A DNA stretch of 31,094 nt from Paraphysomonas bandaiensis (Eukaryota > Protista > Chrysophyceae), in the NCBI GenBank assembly GCA_965644295.1, contig CBFFRP010000516.1, positions 1 through 31,094 of the forward strand, given 5' to 3'. This document shows positions 8,629 to 21,700 of this stretch, in pieces. A program made the position numbers and the translations under genes. Under the pieces are notes generated by a model that saw only the letters and a list, made by a program, of their open reading frames with translations, was not told the origin of the DNA and ran no database searches. Within the stretch, counting starts at the first letter, position 1; each line of letters begins with the position of its first letter.

Positions 8629-9788
8629 TTATCCGGTACGTATGTACAGCTTCAACACTCCGTGTATACACTGAAAAAAATAGAAACTGAATATGTAACT
8701 GAAAACTGAAAATACAAAAACACTCTGTACGTAACGTAACTTTCTCCAGAATATACCCCACCGTTGAACGAGCATTCCGAATGCTCGTTCAATAGCTTGC
8801 CTTGAGTGAGATAACCAGAAATTGAACGCGTCTTTCCAAATTCCAATACCACGACCAGGGTAAGGAGTTAGAAACTGTTGAGTATTGGAGAAGGCTTCGT
8901 CTCCTATAAAGAAGAATCTGTCATCTAATTCTCCTTTTGATACTTTATCAGCGAGGTTGGAATTATTCCAGCTTTCACTGTCATGGGTACTGCCCGAGTC
9001 ATTGGCAGTCACACTCCAAAAACGCCCATTAACGTCACATCCAGCCATAACAACAACAGCAAAACCTCCTTTCCTTGTACGCCAGCTCTTAACGTACTTC
9101 ACCTCTCTTCTGTGCGGTGCTCTAGTACGAATAACGAGACCATCAAAAGCCAATACACAACCACTCATTAAGCCTCCAGAATGCTGTGCGAATCCATCTG
9201 ATAATCTGCGCATTTTAAGTATGAAGTCATGATTTATACATTAGCATTAGCACTTGTTACTTACGATTGTAATAGTTCCTTGTTTTCTAATGGAATCCCC
9301 ATCTCCAGAAGATGATCTAATGCCTCTATTGTTGGCCATAGCACACCGCGTTCACTAAAGAAGGCAGCTTTGCTCACCCCCCATGCAAAACGTATGTCAA
9401 TATAGGAGCCACCACTTAGCCACCGCAGGCATATAGCAAGCCTGGTGCGTGTAGATATAGGGCTTCCGCTACTAATAGTGGCGTACTTGTCATCTCTCTT
9501 TATTAAGGGGTCTAATAATTCTACAAGCTCATCAAAAGACTGTCTGTCCAACCGAAACATGCGCTTGAAGAGTTCTGGCTTCATATCATCTATTTCACGC
9601 AACGCAAAGCCTCGATCACGATGACTATTTCGAGGTTTCACTTTACGACGGGCTAAACGCCCACATTCGTGCCGTAAATTTCTTTCAAAATTTCTCTTCA
9701 CATAAGACACACTTGCAATAAGAGCACGCCTCCAACTCTTATTCTTCACTTTATAAATTCTTTGGATAAGCTCTCTATATATGGCCAT
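8629..9788 (-). CDS. PIF/Harbinger (DDE_Tnp_4, HARBI1-like) transposase, spliced, probably 3'-truncated
   Basis: Exon 9788-9265 has FKRMFRL..SFDELV and RLAICLRWLSGGSY. The GT-AG intron 9264-9206 (59 bp) joins in frame. Exon 2 has AFDG, GSTHDS, IGDEAF, LTPY, FN..LS.SRQAIERAFGML..RWGI. The usual C-terminal LHN motif was not found. Confidence 0.85.
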
Positions 9789-10181
9789 TATTGCATTAAA
9801 GTACTGTGGTTACTATCATATATCTAGATAGCATTGTTCGAATTCAAAATAACATGCTATATATACAGTAGTATACAACGTATATCATACCCTCGAAAAT
9901 TTATTTTGAAGAAGCAGCAAAAGCAAAATGATGCTTCTTCAGAGCTCAAAACATGCTCCGCAATCACATTTCTCATGAAAATTTTTTATGTGTTGGTGAA
10001 ATTTGACCCGTGTGACCCTGAAATTCGACACGATTTCCAAAAAAACATAAAAATAAAAACATTGTTTTTATTTTTGGGTGTTGGTTTTTTTCTCGTGTGA
10101 TACGACCCTTAGAGAGTACAACAGAAGAGTAACATATCATACTACTAATAACGCAGTATAAGTAACCAGTACTGCGTTACA

Positions 10182-10350
10182 CACCTTGGTGCTTGCCGTG
10201 ACACACAAGCAGCTTTCGTAGCGTTAAAAAGTAGGATATAAGAGTTCAGCACTGACTCTTAAACGCCTGCTGCTAACAATAAGACATTCAAAACTGTTTA
10301 TTTGTGTCCCTTGTTCCACACAAGCATTCGGCTATGAGTGAGAGTAACAT
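10182..10350 (-). repeat. Structured repeat module, copy C
   Basis: The reverse complement reads gaatgtcttattgttagcagcaggcgtttaagagtcagtgctgaactcttatatcctactttttaacgctacgaaagctgcttgtgtgtcacggcaagcacc. Positions 10300-10350 also match 2071-2115 (ctcactcatagcc..gacac). Confidence 0.8.
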
Positions 10351-12532
10351 TATCTGCGGTCAACGTTTGCAGCACACATTAGTTTCCCAAAGAAATATCT
10401 CCTGTACTTGTTGTCCCCCAGCAGTAGAACACCACGAAAAGGTACGAGTCCGACTTTATTGATAGTGTCATCAGTGAAGACCATACAACGTAGCCTAGAC
10501 GCTCCCAACACTCCAAACCCTGATACATCTAAGCTGGAAAAAGGACAATAAAATGGAACAATAGTTTAACGCCAAGGTGTAGATTAGCCCTTCCTCTCCT
10601 GCCAGTTGAGTCAGAACGAGAAAGCACCTTACAAGCTAGAGGCCCAGCTGGTGACCTGAGGATACCAGTGATGCGGCTGACCAGAAGCACGAAAATCTTT
10701 ATTCACCGCAACAGCAGTTTTCTGTGGAACTTGAGATAGATAGCCATGAGTCAAAAGGAAATCACACAGTTACACACTCCTATTGATGAGTTACAGACCG
10801 ACTGAGTTCAAGCAGTGCAACATACTCCGTCCAACTAACATGTGGTCTATGCCAAGGCCTGGAGCTCAAGTACATCTGAAGTGAGTAATACTTTGCCAGT
10901 AATGTTTGATTCATGAGCCAACAACATATTCGCCTTTCAATTCTGAGTCATTGAGATTCTCACCACGCCGATATCGGTTCCAATCCGATGACATTTTATG
11001 GTTTTATATTTTGCTGTTCTTTTTGCCGTTTTGCTCTCGATGGCACACACATTGTTGTGGTGCACACATGGTGCCGATTATTTCTTGTGCATATACGCAC
11101 TTATGCATATAGCTGTATATTGCTGCTAGCTACGAAGGATGGTGCTATGAACGCACATAATTATTTTAGTACCATCATGTATATCGACTCATATCCACCC
11201 ACCGCCTAACCTTTGCTTATACACTACTCTGGAATACTGTAGTCTTCAGTGCACCTACATATATGCAAGCAGTTAACATAGATGACGACGTTCTGAATTT
11301 TGTGTAGCTGTCAATTCATTAATGTAGCAGGTCTGTTGATTCATCTATAAACACTAAACACGTTAGCAAACTAGTAGATGAGCTCTAATTAGTTTGTATT
11401 GCATTCACTATATCTGTACTAAATAAAAAGAAAGTTGTCAATCCACTCGGTCATTGCGATAATATATGCTGTACATTAAACTGAACCCTTGACCTCTACC
11501 CTCTCGATTCCTCTATATAAGGTCCTGAGCTGTCTATTAGGATTCAGCTTAATACATGATTGTATCTGTGAGTTATAATGTTCAATGAAATACACCATGA
11601 ACTGATTTAGAGAGAGTATCTGTCGAAGATAAGTGATCGTCATCATAACGTCGTCATTATCAGTTACACTTCTAACTATTCCGTTGTGCATGATAGTACG
11701 TCCTATATTGTTATTCATAATTTTTGTTGAGTTTTGCTGTTTGAGCAATTAAAAGCTGTAATTCTAAGATATTGGAATTATGACCGTTAGTCGAAGAATA
11801 CAGTAGTGGTTAACTGTATTATGAGAAGTGATATCATGACGATGTAAGATCGTACTAGAAATGAGTGGTAGTAGAGATAACGTGATATATTGCTTATTAT
11901 ATTTATTATAATCTTCTCTTATCTTAACTTGATTCATGAGTGAATACTCGTCCAGTTAACTTAGTAATCATCCAATTTGTGTCATAACTTGACATGGTAG
12001 CGCATGGTAGTTGGAAGCAACTGCTGAAGTGTGACCATTGGAATGTACTGGACAGAGAAGCAGGAGTACTGCTTTTTGTATAATAGTAGAAACATACAGT
12101 ATATAGGATATAAAACCAGTATTATTTTTGAAAATCAGGGGTTTTCATACGAACATGACAGAAAAAGTTGACTGGAAAAGATGACTGCGAGTCGTCGGAT
12201 AGTATGCATGTATGTTATAGTGGTTGATGAATGTATGAACCCTCTGAAGAGACCTGCATAATTATCAGAATGATGTCTACTATCGCGTGTGGATGTAGTG
12301 TAAGCACGGTGATTCAGTAATGTGTCTGATTGTGTGGATGGGGGTACAGTGCTATCGATGGGGGTGTGAGTGATAAGGACTCGTGTCCATTGTGTTATAT
12401 ATGACGAGAGTAGTTCCTCATGAGATAGATGGAGTGCTATCGATGAGGGTGCAATGTGATATCAAGAGTCGCATCAATTAAGCCTACATTTGATGAGAGT
12501 GTTTCCTCATGTAATGGATTGCTATCGATTAT

Positions 12533-13042
12533 GCTCGACAGGTTGAAGAGTTCAACCATTTAATCGGACCATACCGTCATGCTGATGAAGGCTTCCTGTT
12601 TAGAGCTGCGAGAGTCGTAGTTCGGAAGGGTCCGATTGTGGCTTATAGAGCCTTAGTAACTGCTGGTAGAGAGCAGTTGGAGGAGAACTTCATTGCATGT
12701 TGGGGATGTTGTATCTTTAACCAATATGTATAAACGCTGGTGGTACGAAAAACCTGCGACCCGTGACGATGGGGCAGGTGGTGAGGAGCGATCGATGCCG
12801 GCTGGGGGTGGGACACCCAAGCAGTTTACGGCAGATGACTCATCGGGGATAGAGATCCCAAGTGCCTACCCGAGAGAAGCGTTAGCGCTATGTCTATAGT
12901 AGAGAGTCAAGCGTGTGTGTCCCTAGCAGGAGTAACGCTGCTAACCCGACTGCCTCAGGCAAAAAGGGTACGCACCCGAAGAGTTGTGACTGATGTGTCC
13001 ACTCTGGGTGAGATCAACTTCCTATGTGGGGAAGATGCCGTT
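12533..13042 (+). pseudogene. Frameshifted pol fragment (integrase C-terminus and IN-RT linker)
   Basis: Homologous to 5140-5649. PATRDDGAGGEERSMPAGGGTPKQ and VSTLGEINFLCGEDAV are retained in different frames. Confidence 0.9.
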
Positions 13043-13352
13043 CACCAGTGGAGACCAGTGAGAAGAGTGTATGAGGCACATGTGTATGTACTGCTTCGAC
13101 GGCGTCTGGGGAAACCAGGAAGAGTTGTGTTGGTACTGTTCGTATTATATCTAGTGAGATTAGTGTGAATCGTGTCTGTGAGACTGTACCTGCTGAGTCT
13201 AGGGAGACTTTTGTGGTAAGCGTACGGGTGTTGACTAGTGTGTCCACCCTGGGTGAGGTAAACCTTCTCCATGATGAGGAGATTGTCAATCTGTGTGATG
13301 ACAGTGACTGTATCTAATAACTAACATAATATGTCTAATTGTAGAGAGACCA

Positions 13353-13478
13353 AGGCTATGTCTGCTGGCATGCAGGAACTGGTGTGGCTTCGGGGGGTGT
13401 TGGTCGAACTGGGACTTCGATTGTACGAACCCACTCCATTCTTCCTGACAGCCAGGGTGCTCGCGACTTAGCGTTGAA
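13353..13478 (+). pseudogene. RNase H fragment of copia pol
   Basis: aggctatgtctgctggcatgcaggaactggtgtggcttcggggggtg matches ~6878-7003. Confidence 0.85.
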
Positions 13479-14570
13479 GTTGAATGATGTGGTGTGATTG
13501 ATCTCAGCGAAGAGGATAGGAAATCATACGTGCTAATTATCAGAGACAGAAGATCATTCAGATGTGTTGTCTATGGTGAGGCTTGCTGAAACGTCGGAGT
13601 CATACGTCCACCGGTTTGTCCTCTGAGGTTTTTGGTGGTTGCGTATCCGTCAGTTATGTCTCGTGATATGAAGAGTCTATCTACAGCTTTGAATTGAGAG
13701 GGAGTGTTGAGTTCTGCTGTTGGAGCAATTAAAAGCTGTAATTCTACCCATCAGTGATGTCTCGTGATGTTGTGAATATTCAATGTACAGCTGATGAACT
13801 GATGAGGTCTTGGTGGTTGCGTATCCGTCAGTTATGACTCGTGGTTTGACAATTCAATGTACAGCTTTGAATTGAGAGGGAGTGTTGAGTTTTGCTGTTT
13901 GAGCAATTAAAAGCTGTAATTCTTAGATATTGGAATTATGACGGTTACTGGAGAATACAGTAGTGGTTAACTGTATTATGAGAAGTGATATCATGACGAT
14001 GTAAGATCGTACTAGAAATGAGTGGTAGTAGAGATACCGTGATATATTGTTTATTATATTTATTATAATCTTCTCTCATATTAACTTGATTCATGAGTGA
14101 ATACACGTCCAGTTAACTTAGTAATCATCCAATTTGTGTCATAACTTGACAATTTTCACTCTATCGTGTTCATTACTTACACTCTAATAATCACAACATT
14201 GCTTTACTATTATAAAGATCAATTCTTTATTCTGTCACAATAAGAGGCATATAGCCCATTCCTTGGATGAAACACATGTAGCATTATCCCTTAATAGCTT
14301 TTGACATAGTAATTTTTTGGTTTCATTGCACAAGTTTTTGATTTTCATGTTATGAAATAAATTTTATGTGCGGCTTTATACTGCTGTATTGTCTATCCCT
14401 TTGATCATTTAATTAAGAAGTATACATTTAAATATAAGATGATCAGCTCCGACCATAGCAGTGATGCTGATGTAAGCCTAGGGGACTCTCTGGTGCCCCA
14501 TGGGTGGCCCATGCGTCACCCTAACTACGTTATGATGCAATTGCGGAAATTGCAGCCTGATATGACTAAT

Positions 14571-14590
14571 TATATATATATATATATATA
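14571..14590. repeat. (TA)10 microsatellite
   Basis: Read directly from the sequence. Confidence 0.9.
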
Positions 14591-15629
14591 ATTGTGAAGC
14601 TTTATAGGTGCTGTATGATTCACTAATATGTGCTGCCTTCAGCAAGGGTTCACGTCTCGAGCATATCACCCAATGGATAGGCGAGAGCTGGATGCACAGG
14701 GGTAAGAAATTACCATCACATCTATCCCTGGAATAAATCTGTGGAATAGAGAAGACATGAAATATATAAGTCCTTAAGTACCAATGGAGACCTCTGATGG
14801 CAGTATAATGGTGTTAGTAATGAATATGTGAACCTGAAGATACGAGGAGTGATATACTGAGCCTTATCAATACAGTACTGTGTGTTTAGCTTAGAGGCGG
14901 GCGCCTTCTACGGAACTTTTTATCTTTTGCTGTTGGCGCCGAGCGCACCTTACAAAACCAGGCGCTAAACGTTCGGTGCTGAGCAGTAAGGTTGTTCTTA
15001 TGACATCAATAAGGGAGAAGGATGTCATGAAATCTTTCCCTTTTGGCTCTGTGTATGTATAATTCCATATAATGAGGACGTTAATTGCTTGACTTGGTAG
15101 ACTCAATTGTACACTTATTTCAATGATTTTGTTAGAAAAGAGAGGTTTTTATATATATAATATAAAAATAGGGAATATATGTATATAGTACGGTTTTATG
15201 TTAGTATACCCGTATACCAGTCAGTATACTGTATATACTCCTCTGCAGCAGTCAGTGTCCTACTCAGAAACTTTCCTTTTTGTAAAAACTGGCAACTTTT
15301 AAGAAATTCGAGAGTAGAAATATGATATATGTATACCATACCATGGAATACCAGGATTTTAGGAGGTGGAGGGAAGAATAGTTTAGACTTTGGTGGCATC
15401 AATACCAATCATCTCCAAATCGCTACCAGTGATTGGATGTCGTACACCATTTCACCACATACGCTCTTTTCCACTCCACACATCTTTATACTCCGAGTCT
15501 AATACGTGCGTTGACTAAAAAGTGTGTGTAATCTCCGCATAGTCACTTAGGAGTGTGTGGAAGTTGTCGTCTCACTTCACTGAACTTCTTCTTCGCACTT
15601 CGTTGTGATTATACACACTCCAGCCACAC

Positions 15630-15753
15630 TATGTATACATAACAAGAGTGAGTGTGATGGTTAAACACAACTAACAAACACACATATACACACTCTCATC
15701 AGATCAGACACTCTTCAGCCTCTTCAGTCCCAGTGCTCTGCTCATCCACTGAT
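15630..15753 (+). promoter_or_regulatory. Proximal promoter/5' leader shared by both receptor paralogs
   Basis: Identical by eye to 29414-29537, and directly upstream of the ATG in both copies. Confidence 0.7.
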
Positions 15754-18700
15754 ATGCTGCATGAGTTGTGTCTGTTCCTCTGCGTGGCTGTTATGGGATA
15801 TCAACCATCTCAAGGTAATGGTTCGTGTTATCATACTAACATAATGATCATATGATTGATTAGGCCATAATATATCGGAGTTACATCGTCACTTATCTCA
15901 ACAACAGTATTCGCTCACTTTTATAGCTGGAAACGGTGAAGTTGCATACTATGATGCGATTGGGACAAACTCAAAGTTTATCCGACCCGCAACCGTGAAG
16001 TTATACTCCTCGGATCAATATGCATTGATAGGTGATTATTCCCGCATACGTAAGATCGATTTGGTTACAATGACAGTAGCCACTGTGGCTGGAAATGGAA
16101 ACATTGGTAATACTGATGGTGTTGGAACCCTTGCACAGTTTGTGTCACCATATGGATTAGCGATATCTTCGGACAATAGTTTCGCAGTGGTGGCAGACTT
16201 TAACAGTCATTACATACGACTATTGCTGTTATCATCTCGGCAAGTTGTTACTCTTCATCCAGACGGTTCTGGGGGTGGATCGCAGGACGGTGGATCAGCA
16301 TCTAGTTTCAGTAGCCCACGTGATATTGTACTATCTGCAGATGATTCGTATGCCCTCATTGTCGACAGAAATAATAATCGAATTCAGAAATTAGTTTTGA
16401 CAAACAAGGTGGTTACTACTGTTGCAGGAGGCTCCAATGGAAATGCCGATGGTATTGGTACAAATGCTCAATTTAATAATCCTATTGGTATGTGCATGTC
16501 CTCTGACAAATCTTTTGTATTGATAACAGACTTTGTGGGTTATCGTGTACGCAAGATGGTATTATCGACATCTATGGTTACTACCATTGCAGGATCTGGT
16601 TCGCTTGGTATGTTGGATGGTGTGGGAACTTCAGCTACTTTTTCGTCCCCATCATCGGTGGTCCTTTCCCAATCGGATACTATGGCATATGTGTCTGACC
16701 ATGGTGGACATGCCATTCGACACATTGATATGGTTACCCTGCAGGTGACAAGGGTCGTTGGAACCATGGCCGATGAGAATGTGGAAGGTGTAGGTACAAA
16801 TGCTTCAATTTCAGGCCCATTTTCCCTTGGTATTTCTGATGACGAGTCATTCATATTAGTTTGTAGTATGTATAGCCATCGTATTGCCAAGGTCAGTGTA
16901 CTTCCCACTTTTCCCACTACTTTACCTACAAGTGCTCCCACGATTTCACCGTATACTGCTACTGAAAGGAACGTGTTATGCCAAATGGTATCTTCCACGA
17001 ATATTGGGAGTATATTCTCAGAATGGGTATGTGGGGCCCCTGACTGGTGCATTTGGACAGGAATTACATGTGAGGAGTCGTCTATTACTCAAATTTTGTT
17101 GGCATCAAGTTCTTTGACGGGTACTATCCCGTCATCTGTTGGGCTTTTGACTAAGCTCGTGATTCTCAACATGGGCTTTAATAGTTTGACCGGATCCTTG
17201 CCCAGTTCTTTATCAAATATGTCGAAGTTATCCTATCTAGATTTATCCAGAAACTTACTTTCTGGCTCCATACCATCCTATATTGATTTGATGACCAGTT
17301 TAGAGACGATGGATTTGAGTAGAAATATGCTTCATGGCGAGATCCCTCATTTTAGTGGACAAATGAGCGCATTGTCGGTGTTGAGGTTGAATCATAACTC
17401 TTTATCTGGAATGATACCATCAAGCTTGTCATACATCAGCTCTTTGTCCGATATATCTTTGTCACAAAATAGACTCACTGGAGCTATACCATCCGAACTG
17501 GGTAATCTGAATTCGATTTATCGTATTCGTGCCTGGAACAACAGACTGTCTGGAACACTTCCCTCCTCACTTGGAAAGCTTCATCGTTTATATATACTGC
17601 TCCTCAGTAATAATACACTGACTGGAACAATTCCTAACTCATATACAGGTTTGATATCAATGAGGGTTTTTACCGTGAACGATAATAAAATTCGTTCGAT
17701 TTTTCCATATGAAATGTGCGGCATGAAGAATTTATCTTATTTTTCCCTTTCTCAGACAGGCGCGCATGAATGCAGTATTCCAACTGCTATACCAACCCCA
17801 CAACCAACGAGTATCCCCTCAGGTAATCCGTCATTTCAACCTACCACACAACCCACAGTACGGCCCAGTGAAGCTCCGTCGAATGAGCCCACTGGTGAGC
17901 CTTCAATGTATCCCACTGGCGAGCCGTCAGGAAAACCTACTGGAACACCTTCAGGTATTCCCACTAGATTACCATCTGGTGAGCCTACCGGCATACCATC
18001 AGTACAACCAAGTGGTGCACCCTCTGGTCAACCTACTTCGATACCATCAGGGCTGCCTACTGGATGGCCTACTGGGACACCGTCAGGACAGCCTACTGCG
18101 GTTCCAACAGGTCAACCCTCCTGTCAGCCAACTGGAATACCGTCAGTACAGCCTACTGGGACACCATCAGGTCAACCCTCTGGTCAGCCTACTTCGATAC
18201 CATCAGGGCTGCCTACTGGTCAACCTACAAGGACACCGTCAGTACAGCCTACTACGGTACCGACAGGTCAACCCACTGGACAGCCTTCTGGAATGCCGTC
18301 AGGACAGCCAAGTGGTGCACCGTCAGTACAGCCTACTGGTCAACCAACTGGGACACCGTCAGGACAGCCTACTGCGCTACCGACAGGTCAACCCTCTGGT
18401 CAGCCTACTTGGATACCATCAGGGCTGCCTACTGGACAGCCTTCTGGAATACCGTCAGAACAGCCAAGTGGTGCACCTTCAGTACAGCCTACTGGATGGC
18501 CTACTGGGACACCATCAGGTCAACCCTCTGGTCAGCCTACTTCGATACCATCAGGGCTGCCTACTGGTCAACCTACAGGGACACCGTCAGTACAGCCTAC
18601 TACGGTACCGACAGGTCAACCCACTGGGCAGCCTTCTGGAATGCCGTCAGGACAGCCAAGTGGTGCACCGTCAGTACAGCCTACTGGTCAACCAACTGGG

Positions 18701-21700
18701 ACACCGTCAGGACAGCCTACTGCGCTACCGACAGGTCAACCCTCTGGTCAGCCTACTTGGATACCATCAGGGCTGCCTACTGGACAGCCTTCTGGAATAC
18801 CGTCAGAACAGCCAAGTGGTGCACCTTCAGTACAGCCTACTGGACAACCATCACGACAGCCAAGTGGTGTGCCGTCAAGACAACCTACTGGGATACCATC
18901 AGGACAGCCAAGTGATGTGCCGTCTGGGCAACCTACTGGGATGCCGTCAGGACTGCCAAGTGATGTGCCGTCAGGACAACCTACTGAGATACCATCAGGT
19001 CAGCCTACCAGTGTACCTTCTACATATCCTTCGTGTTCTCCAACTGTTGAGCCGTCATCAATTCCTAGTAACCTACCCAGTTCTCTACCTTCAGTGGTGC
19101 CAAGTGGTCTACCAAGCTACCAACCCACAACTCAACCATCGTCAACTCCATCATCGGTGCCTACTTCATCTCCTTCGCTAGTTCCAAGCTGCGTTCCTAC
19201 TGTGTTTCCGTCAGAGAATCCAACTTGCGTACCGACTGGCCACCCTAGCAGCACTCCAACTGCCTCCCCATCTCACAATCCCACTATTACCCCAACCTTA
19301 AAGCCAACACAGAAGCCTACTCTTCTCGGCGACACGATTCCACCAACTCAATTTCCTACATTCTCTCCTACTTTCAGTCCCACTGTCGTACCCGTGGTGC
19401 CTCCGAATGTACAGACCTGTACTCTTTCTAATGATGGAAGCTATGTGATTCTTGTGCTTGATGCTGCTTCAGACATGGGTGGACTTGGTAGTCAGTTTCA
19501 ATGCTCACAACTTTTTGATTTTAGTAGATCTGCTAGCTTTGTATGTCGCTGGAAGGAAAGTTCATCGAGAGTGTGGCTTCATTCAGCTTCATCTATTCTA
19601 GATGTTGGTGATTCTGTCACTATGAAAGGAGGCATACTGCGTGCGATGTGTCCTTCAGGAGCCAGTAAAGTCGAGTGCTCAAGATGGGCAACAGCTAGTT
19701 CCCAGTCATGCGTCGTACTGCCTCCTCCAAACCCCATATCTCCAGCGGTGTCCATATCCGCGCCATCTACTCTCGGGCAGTGCGATGATTTTGTTGTGGA
19801 TATTTCGGGGTCAAGTGGTTCGGGTGGACGTGGCTGGTGCGATTTTTCCGTGGATGTGTTCAGTTCTTCCAATTCCTCGTATTCTCTTCAGAATGCTTCT
19901 GAAATCAGGCGTTTCTATCATAGTGTATACAAATATACACCTCCCACACCCCTTCCTGGTTCGTACCTCAAAGCCAATGAGGTATACACTTTCGAGATTA
20001 GACTGTGCAACTTTCTTCAGAAATGTAGTTCCGCAATCCACAATGTTGCTGTCAAGGCCACAAGCGTTCCTGTTGCGACTATAGTCGGTCAGGCTCAAAG
20101 AAATGTGTATCGTCGATATCCGCTTGTGTTATCATCGCATGCGTATACGGCGAGCTGTGGGGCTGATAAAACCCAAAGGGGACTATCTTATTCATGGTTA
20201 GTTGAAAAGAACGGGACTATACAGGACGATCTTATTAACACCAACTCCGATTCGTCCAAGTTCAAATTATTGCCATATTCTCTCGATGTGGGAGAAGTGT
20301 ATACTATAGTCCTGAATGTCATGCACGATGTGTCGAAGATTAGTACCTCATCATCCGTTAAAGTAAGCGTTCTGCCGTCATCTGTAGTCGCTGTTATTGA
20401 AGGGGGTTCGGTACAGACTATGCGATATGGGGAATCCCTGGTTCTTGATGGCTCTGGAAGTTATGACAATGATTTGTATGATGTCGCTGGTGAGGCAGCT
20501 GGCCTTTCATTGTCGTGGAGCTGCACAGACTCTGTCAGTAGTAGCAGGGCTGGGTGTGGATTAACTTTGACTCCCGGTGAAAGTCTCGACACTGTGACCG
20601 TCACTGCTAATTCAGAGTCTCTGGTGAACACAGAAACCGTTGTGACCTTGACAGTATCTGGTTCCTATGACCGCTCTGATGTGGCTGTTGTGACTGTCAG
20701 AATCGCCCCACCACTCTCTCCCAAAGTTTCCTTGTCATTGTCGTCGAGAAAAGTGAAGTACGCAGAAAAGATTAAGGTACAGGCTCTTGTTGAAGCATTC
20801 TCCTCAACTACAGCTGAGTGGTCCATTAACGATGACAGCATCGATTTGGTGTCATCAGCGTTGACACCGGTTAGCAGAGTAGTTACACCAGGTAGATTGA
20901 CTGCGTTCAATCTTGTATTGGGAGGTAGTACGCTCTATATGGGAGCCTCATTTACGTTTACCTGCTCTGTGGGGAGTGCTTCATCATCCGTAACTGTGGA
21001 TGTTGTGGGTCCCCCTTCACCTGGCAGCTTCGTGGTTGACCCTACAAGTGGCTATGAACTGCAAGACAAGTTCATGATGATGGCATCACAGTGGACAGAT
21101 TCAGAGCTGCCACTGACGTATTCATTTGGCTACTTTTCTGCCAGTGGTGACCTGTTGACGCTGCACGCGAGGTCGGAGTTGACATACATCAGCAGCACTC
21201 TTCCCGCAGGCTCTCCCAGTGTGAATCATAGTGTGAGTTGTCAAGTTACCGTGTACAATTTATTGGATGCCAATGCTGTGGAGTTTTACACTGTAACTGT
21301 TGAGCCAGTTACTTCGACCCCGGAAGACCTGTCGTCTATTGTTGTCGATCTTTTAATGGAAAGTGAAAGTAGTATAGATACGACGAAACAGACTATAGCT
21401 GTACTGACAGGCGTCATCAACACAGTAAACTGCTCTCTATCTCCTGATTGCGCTTCCCTGCATCGGTATGATTGTGGTTCTACGTCCCATTCCTGTGGCA
21501 AATGCTGGACTGGATACTTTGGAGCAGAAGGAGATGCGAATTCTGTGTGCTACTCGGGCTCTTCAAATATTGAAACACTGGGGTTGTTATGTGGTACTGA
21601 TAATGACTGTGGAATGTATCAGAGCTGTACAGAGCAAGTTTGCGAGTACATGTCGAAGCAATGTCCTCGCAATTGTACGGGAAGGGGAATATGTCAAATG

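Larger units (their letters stand above)
11725..14151 (+). mobile_element. Non-autonomous copia-derived LTR element (~2.4 kb) with ATTTT TSD
   Basis: LTRs at 11725-11994 and 13883-14151 (TG..CA, roughly 10 differences by eye). TSD atttt at 11720-11724 and 14152-14156. TGG follows the 5' LTR and a PPT precedes the 3' LTR. Confidence 0.93.

Noticed and set aside
16540-17052. Antisense ORFs over NHL regions (also 30255-31001)
   Set aside because: They are shadows of the sense coding strand with no recognisable motifs.
17766-19181. Long alternative-frame ORFs (471 aa and 283 aa) overlapping the receptor
   Set aside because: They are by-products of a 12-bp repeat lacking stops in other frames, and they coincide with the repeat.
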